Shown here piece after piece: positions 61,749 through 64,000 of a stretch of 64,000 bases of DNA. The position numbers were made by a program, and so were the translations under genes. How positions within the stretch are numbered: position 1 is the stretch's first letter; every line of letters starts with the position of its first letter. Source of the stretch: an uncultured Thermoleophilia bacterium (GTDB lineage: Bacteria > Actinomycetota > Thermoleophilia > UBA2241); contig CAWHUW010000005.1 of the NCBI GenBank assembly GCA_963832655.1, forward strand, positions 257,156-321,155, given 5' to 3'. The notes under the pieces were generated by a model. That model was given only the letters and a program-made list of their open reading frames with translations, was not told where the DNA came from and did not search any database.

Positions 61749-63564
61749 ATGAAGCGGTCCGTCCTGCTCGCGAGCCTGGTTCTCGCGAATCTGTCTGCTC
61801 TGGGCGCCCGGGGTCGCCCTCGCGCTCACGCAGCAGCAGTGCCTCACCTGCCACACCGAGATCACGCCGGGCATCGTGACCCAATACCAGTCGGGCGCCA
61901 TGGGCGACGACGTCGCCTGCCTCGACTGCCACGGCGACGACCACAGCGTCATCACCGCCACCGAGGGCAAGGTCCCGGCCGGGAAGTGCGCCGGTTGCCA
62001 CCCCGACCAGTACGCGGAGTTCACCGTCAAGGACGCGACCGGGTCGTACATCAACAAGCACGCGCAGGGCTGGACGCGAATGCTCGCCGGCGCCCGCTAC
62101 AAGGTCATGCCCGAGGCCGAGCGCTACGAGATGTGCGAGCGCTGCCACAACATCGGCTACACCTACGTGGACGGCTCGGTCGGCAAGTGCGACTCGTGCC
62201 ACACGCGGCACGTCTTCTCTGCCGAAGAGGCGAGAGAGCCGGCCGCCTGTGGCACCTGCCACATGGGCCCCGACCACGAGCAGATCGACATGTGGGAGAA
62301 GAGCAAGCACGGCGTCGTCTACATGACCGAGAAGGAGCGCCCCGGCGGCGATCCCGGACGAGCGCCGACCTGCGTCACCTGCCACCAGCCTGAGATGGTG
62401 AACGGTGCCGGCCAGCCGCTGACGCACAACGTGTCGACCAACCTGACGTACGGCACCGTCGCCCAGGGCGCCCGCCTCGTCGGGACGCCACTGTCGGTGC
62501 CGATGCGCACGATGACCGAGTCCGAGTTCTCCTCCCGGCGGGCGAACATGCTCGGAGTCTGTGGCGACTGCCACTCCTCGACGTGGGCGCGCAAGAACCT
62601 CGAGCTCGCCGACCAGATCAAGATGGACGTCGACGAGCTGCTCTGGGACCCGGTCATGCGCATCCGCGGCCTCTGGTACGACGGCCTGCTCGACCCGATG
62701 CCCGAGAACCGGCCGCCGAACCCGGTGTACGCCGCCGCCGGACCCAACTTCGTCAACGGCGGCTACGTGCTCGTCCTCGGCGGCCAGCAGCTCTACAGCG
62801 ACACGTCGGCGATCGAGCAGTGGCTCTTCTACACCTACAAGTACGACCACGTGAACACGTTCAAGGGCGCCTACCACATCAACCCCGACTACAGCCACTG
62901 GTTCGGCTGGTCGGAGGTCAACCAGGACATCGGGATGATCAGGGGCGAGGAGGCCTCGCTGCGCCGCGGTGAGGACCCGGGTTTCGCGGCCAGCCCGACG
63001 CGGCCCGTGGTCGGACAGCCGACGACGTTCGACGCGAGTGCCCTCGCGGCGTGGGGCGACGCGAGCGCCAACGTGTATGCGTGGACCTTCGGCGACAAGG
63101 CGTCTGCTGCTGCCGCGGCCGAGACGAGCGTCGCCCATACCTACGCCGCCCCCGGCCGCTACACGGTGCAGCTCACCTGCTCCGACGGCGACCTCGTCAA
63201 CAACGTGCTTCAGCCGCTGAGCTGCTCCGGGAAGCGCACGAGCAGCCTGCGAACACAAGCCAAGTACGGCGCCACGTTCGGGCTCTACGAGATCGCTCGC
63301 GTGAAGAAGGGCAAGCAGGTCACCATCAAGGGGTCGCTCAAGACCGACGACTCCAACGCCGCCCTCGTCCAGCTCTGGGAGAAGGTCGGCTCGGGATCGT
63401 GGAAGATGGTCAGCTCCAAGACGGTCGCCACGACGGCCGGCGTGTCCCTGACCGTGTCCTTCAAGCGCACGCTGAACTCCAAGACGTCCTTCAAGCTGAC
63501 CTACGTCGGCGACGCCGACACGTGGGACGTGACCACCAAGACGCGGACCATCTCACCGCTCTGA
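61749..63564 (+). CDS. Octaheme c-type cytochrome (HAO / octaheme nitrite reductase-like heme arrangement) with a C-terminal PKD-like domain and beta-rich tail. There is a frameshift near ~61800.
   Basis: Signal peptide MKRSVLLASLVLANLSAL. Eight CxxCH motifs: CLTCH, CLDCH, CAGCH, CERCH, CDSCH, CGTCH, CVTCH, CGDCH. PKD-like VYAWTFGDKASAAAAAETSVAHTYAAPGRYTVQLTCSDGD. Confidence 0.7.
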
Positions 63565-63613
63565 CGAAGCGGCCGGTCGTCGTGCAGGACGCACGGCGAC
63601 CGGCGCAAGACGC

Positions 63614-63657
63614 GAACGGCCGGGCGACGGGCCCCAGGGCCCGTCGCCCGGCCGTTC
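63614..63657 (+). terminator. GC-rich hairpin after the octaheme cytochrome gene.
   Basis: gaacggccgggcgacgggccc-cagg-gcccgtcgcccggccgttc, a perfect inverted repeat. Confidence 0.55.
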
Positions 63658-63912
63658 GCACATGGGCCGGCTCAGACCCTCGTCACTCGAAGAAGCACGC
63701 CAGCGCCAGGCCGACGATCATGAGCGCGATCGAGAGCGTCGCGAAGAGGGCGATGCAGCAGGCTGAGTTGAGACGCGGCAGCGCGTGCTTCATGGGCTCC
63801 TCCAAACGAGTGTGCCCCTCCACTTGCATGGTACCACCGGAGGGCCCTGTTTGGACGGTTCACGCGAGTTTCGCCGGGGTAGGCTGCGCGCGGAGATACC
63901 GCGAGGAGGAAA

Positions 63913-64000
63913 GGTGAAGGCACCGTATGGTTCGTGGCGATCGCCCGTCGACGCGCGGCGGATCGCCGAGGGCGGGATCGGCCTCGCCTGGCCGCAGGCC
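63913..64000 (+). CDS. N-terminus of an S9-family (prolyl oligopeptidase / acylaminoacyl-peptidase-like) peptidase, 3'-truncated by the window end.
   Basis: VKAPYGSWRSPVDARRIAEGGIGLAW resembles the S9 N-terminal beta-propeller start. Confidence 0.35.

Overview
This is a high-GC (~70%) bacterial chromosomal window with about 60 genes and no rRNA, tRNA, CRISPR or transposase. Conserved housekeeping and metabolic operons (gltX, etfBA-acyl-CoA dehydrogenase, metYXW, murB, fabI, mmsA, rlmKL) are interspersed with accessory blocks. The accessory blocks are: an operon of three paralogous GAF-GAF-GAF-GGDEF diguanylate cyclases; a cell-surface polysaccharide locus (two GT4 glycosyltransferases, a Wzz-like and a Wzy/O-antigen-ligase-like protein, and an asparagine-synthetase-like PP-loop protein); and an anaerobic redox island. 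The redox island contains a Crp/Fnr regulator, a DUF362 protein, a NapH-like polyferredoxin, a ferredoxin, and a divergent CooS (Ni-CO-dehydrogenase family) protein in which the conserved Cys-Cys pair carrying the C-cluster Cys295 ligand aligns to Ile-Glu. An octaheme HAO-like cytochrome c lies about 7 kb further downstream. The most striking single observation is a PrxQ/Bcp peroxiredoxin with an in-frame TGA exactly at the peroxidatic cysteine position, followed by a SECIS-like hairpin, which makes it a candidate selenoprotein. A tandem paralog next to it has lost the catalytic cysteine altogether. The sequence also contains a non-biological-looking homopolymer block of 636 T followed by 173 G, inside a heavily decayed cyclase-AAA-TPR regulator gene. 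At least 17 genes carry single-base indel frameshifts, which points to an error-prone assembly more than to real pseudogenes. All calls rest on reading the six-frame translations and the DNA myself; no database search was possible.
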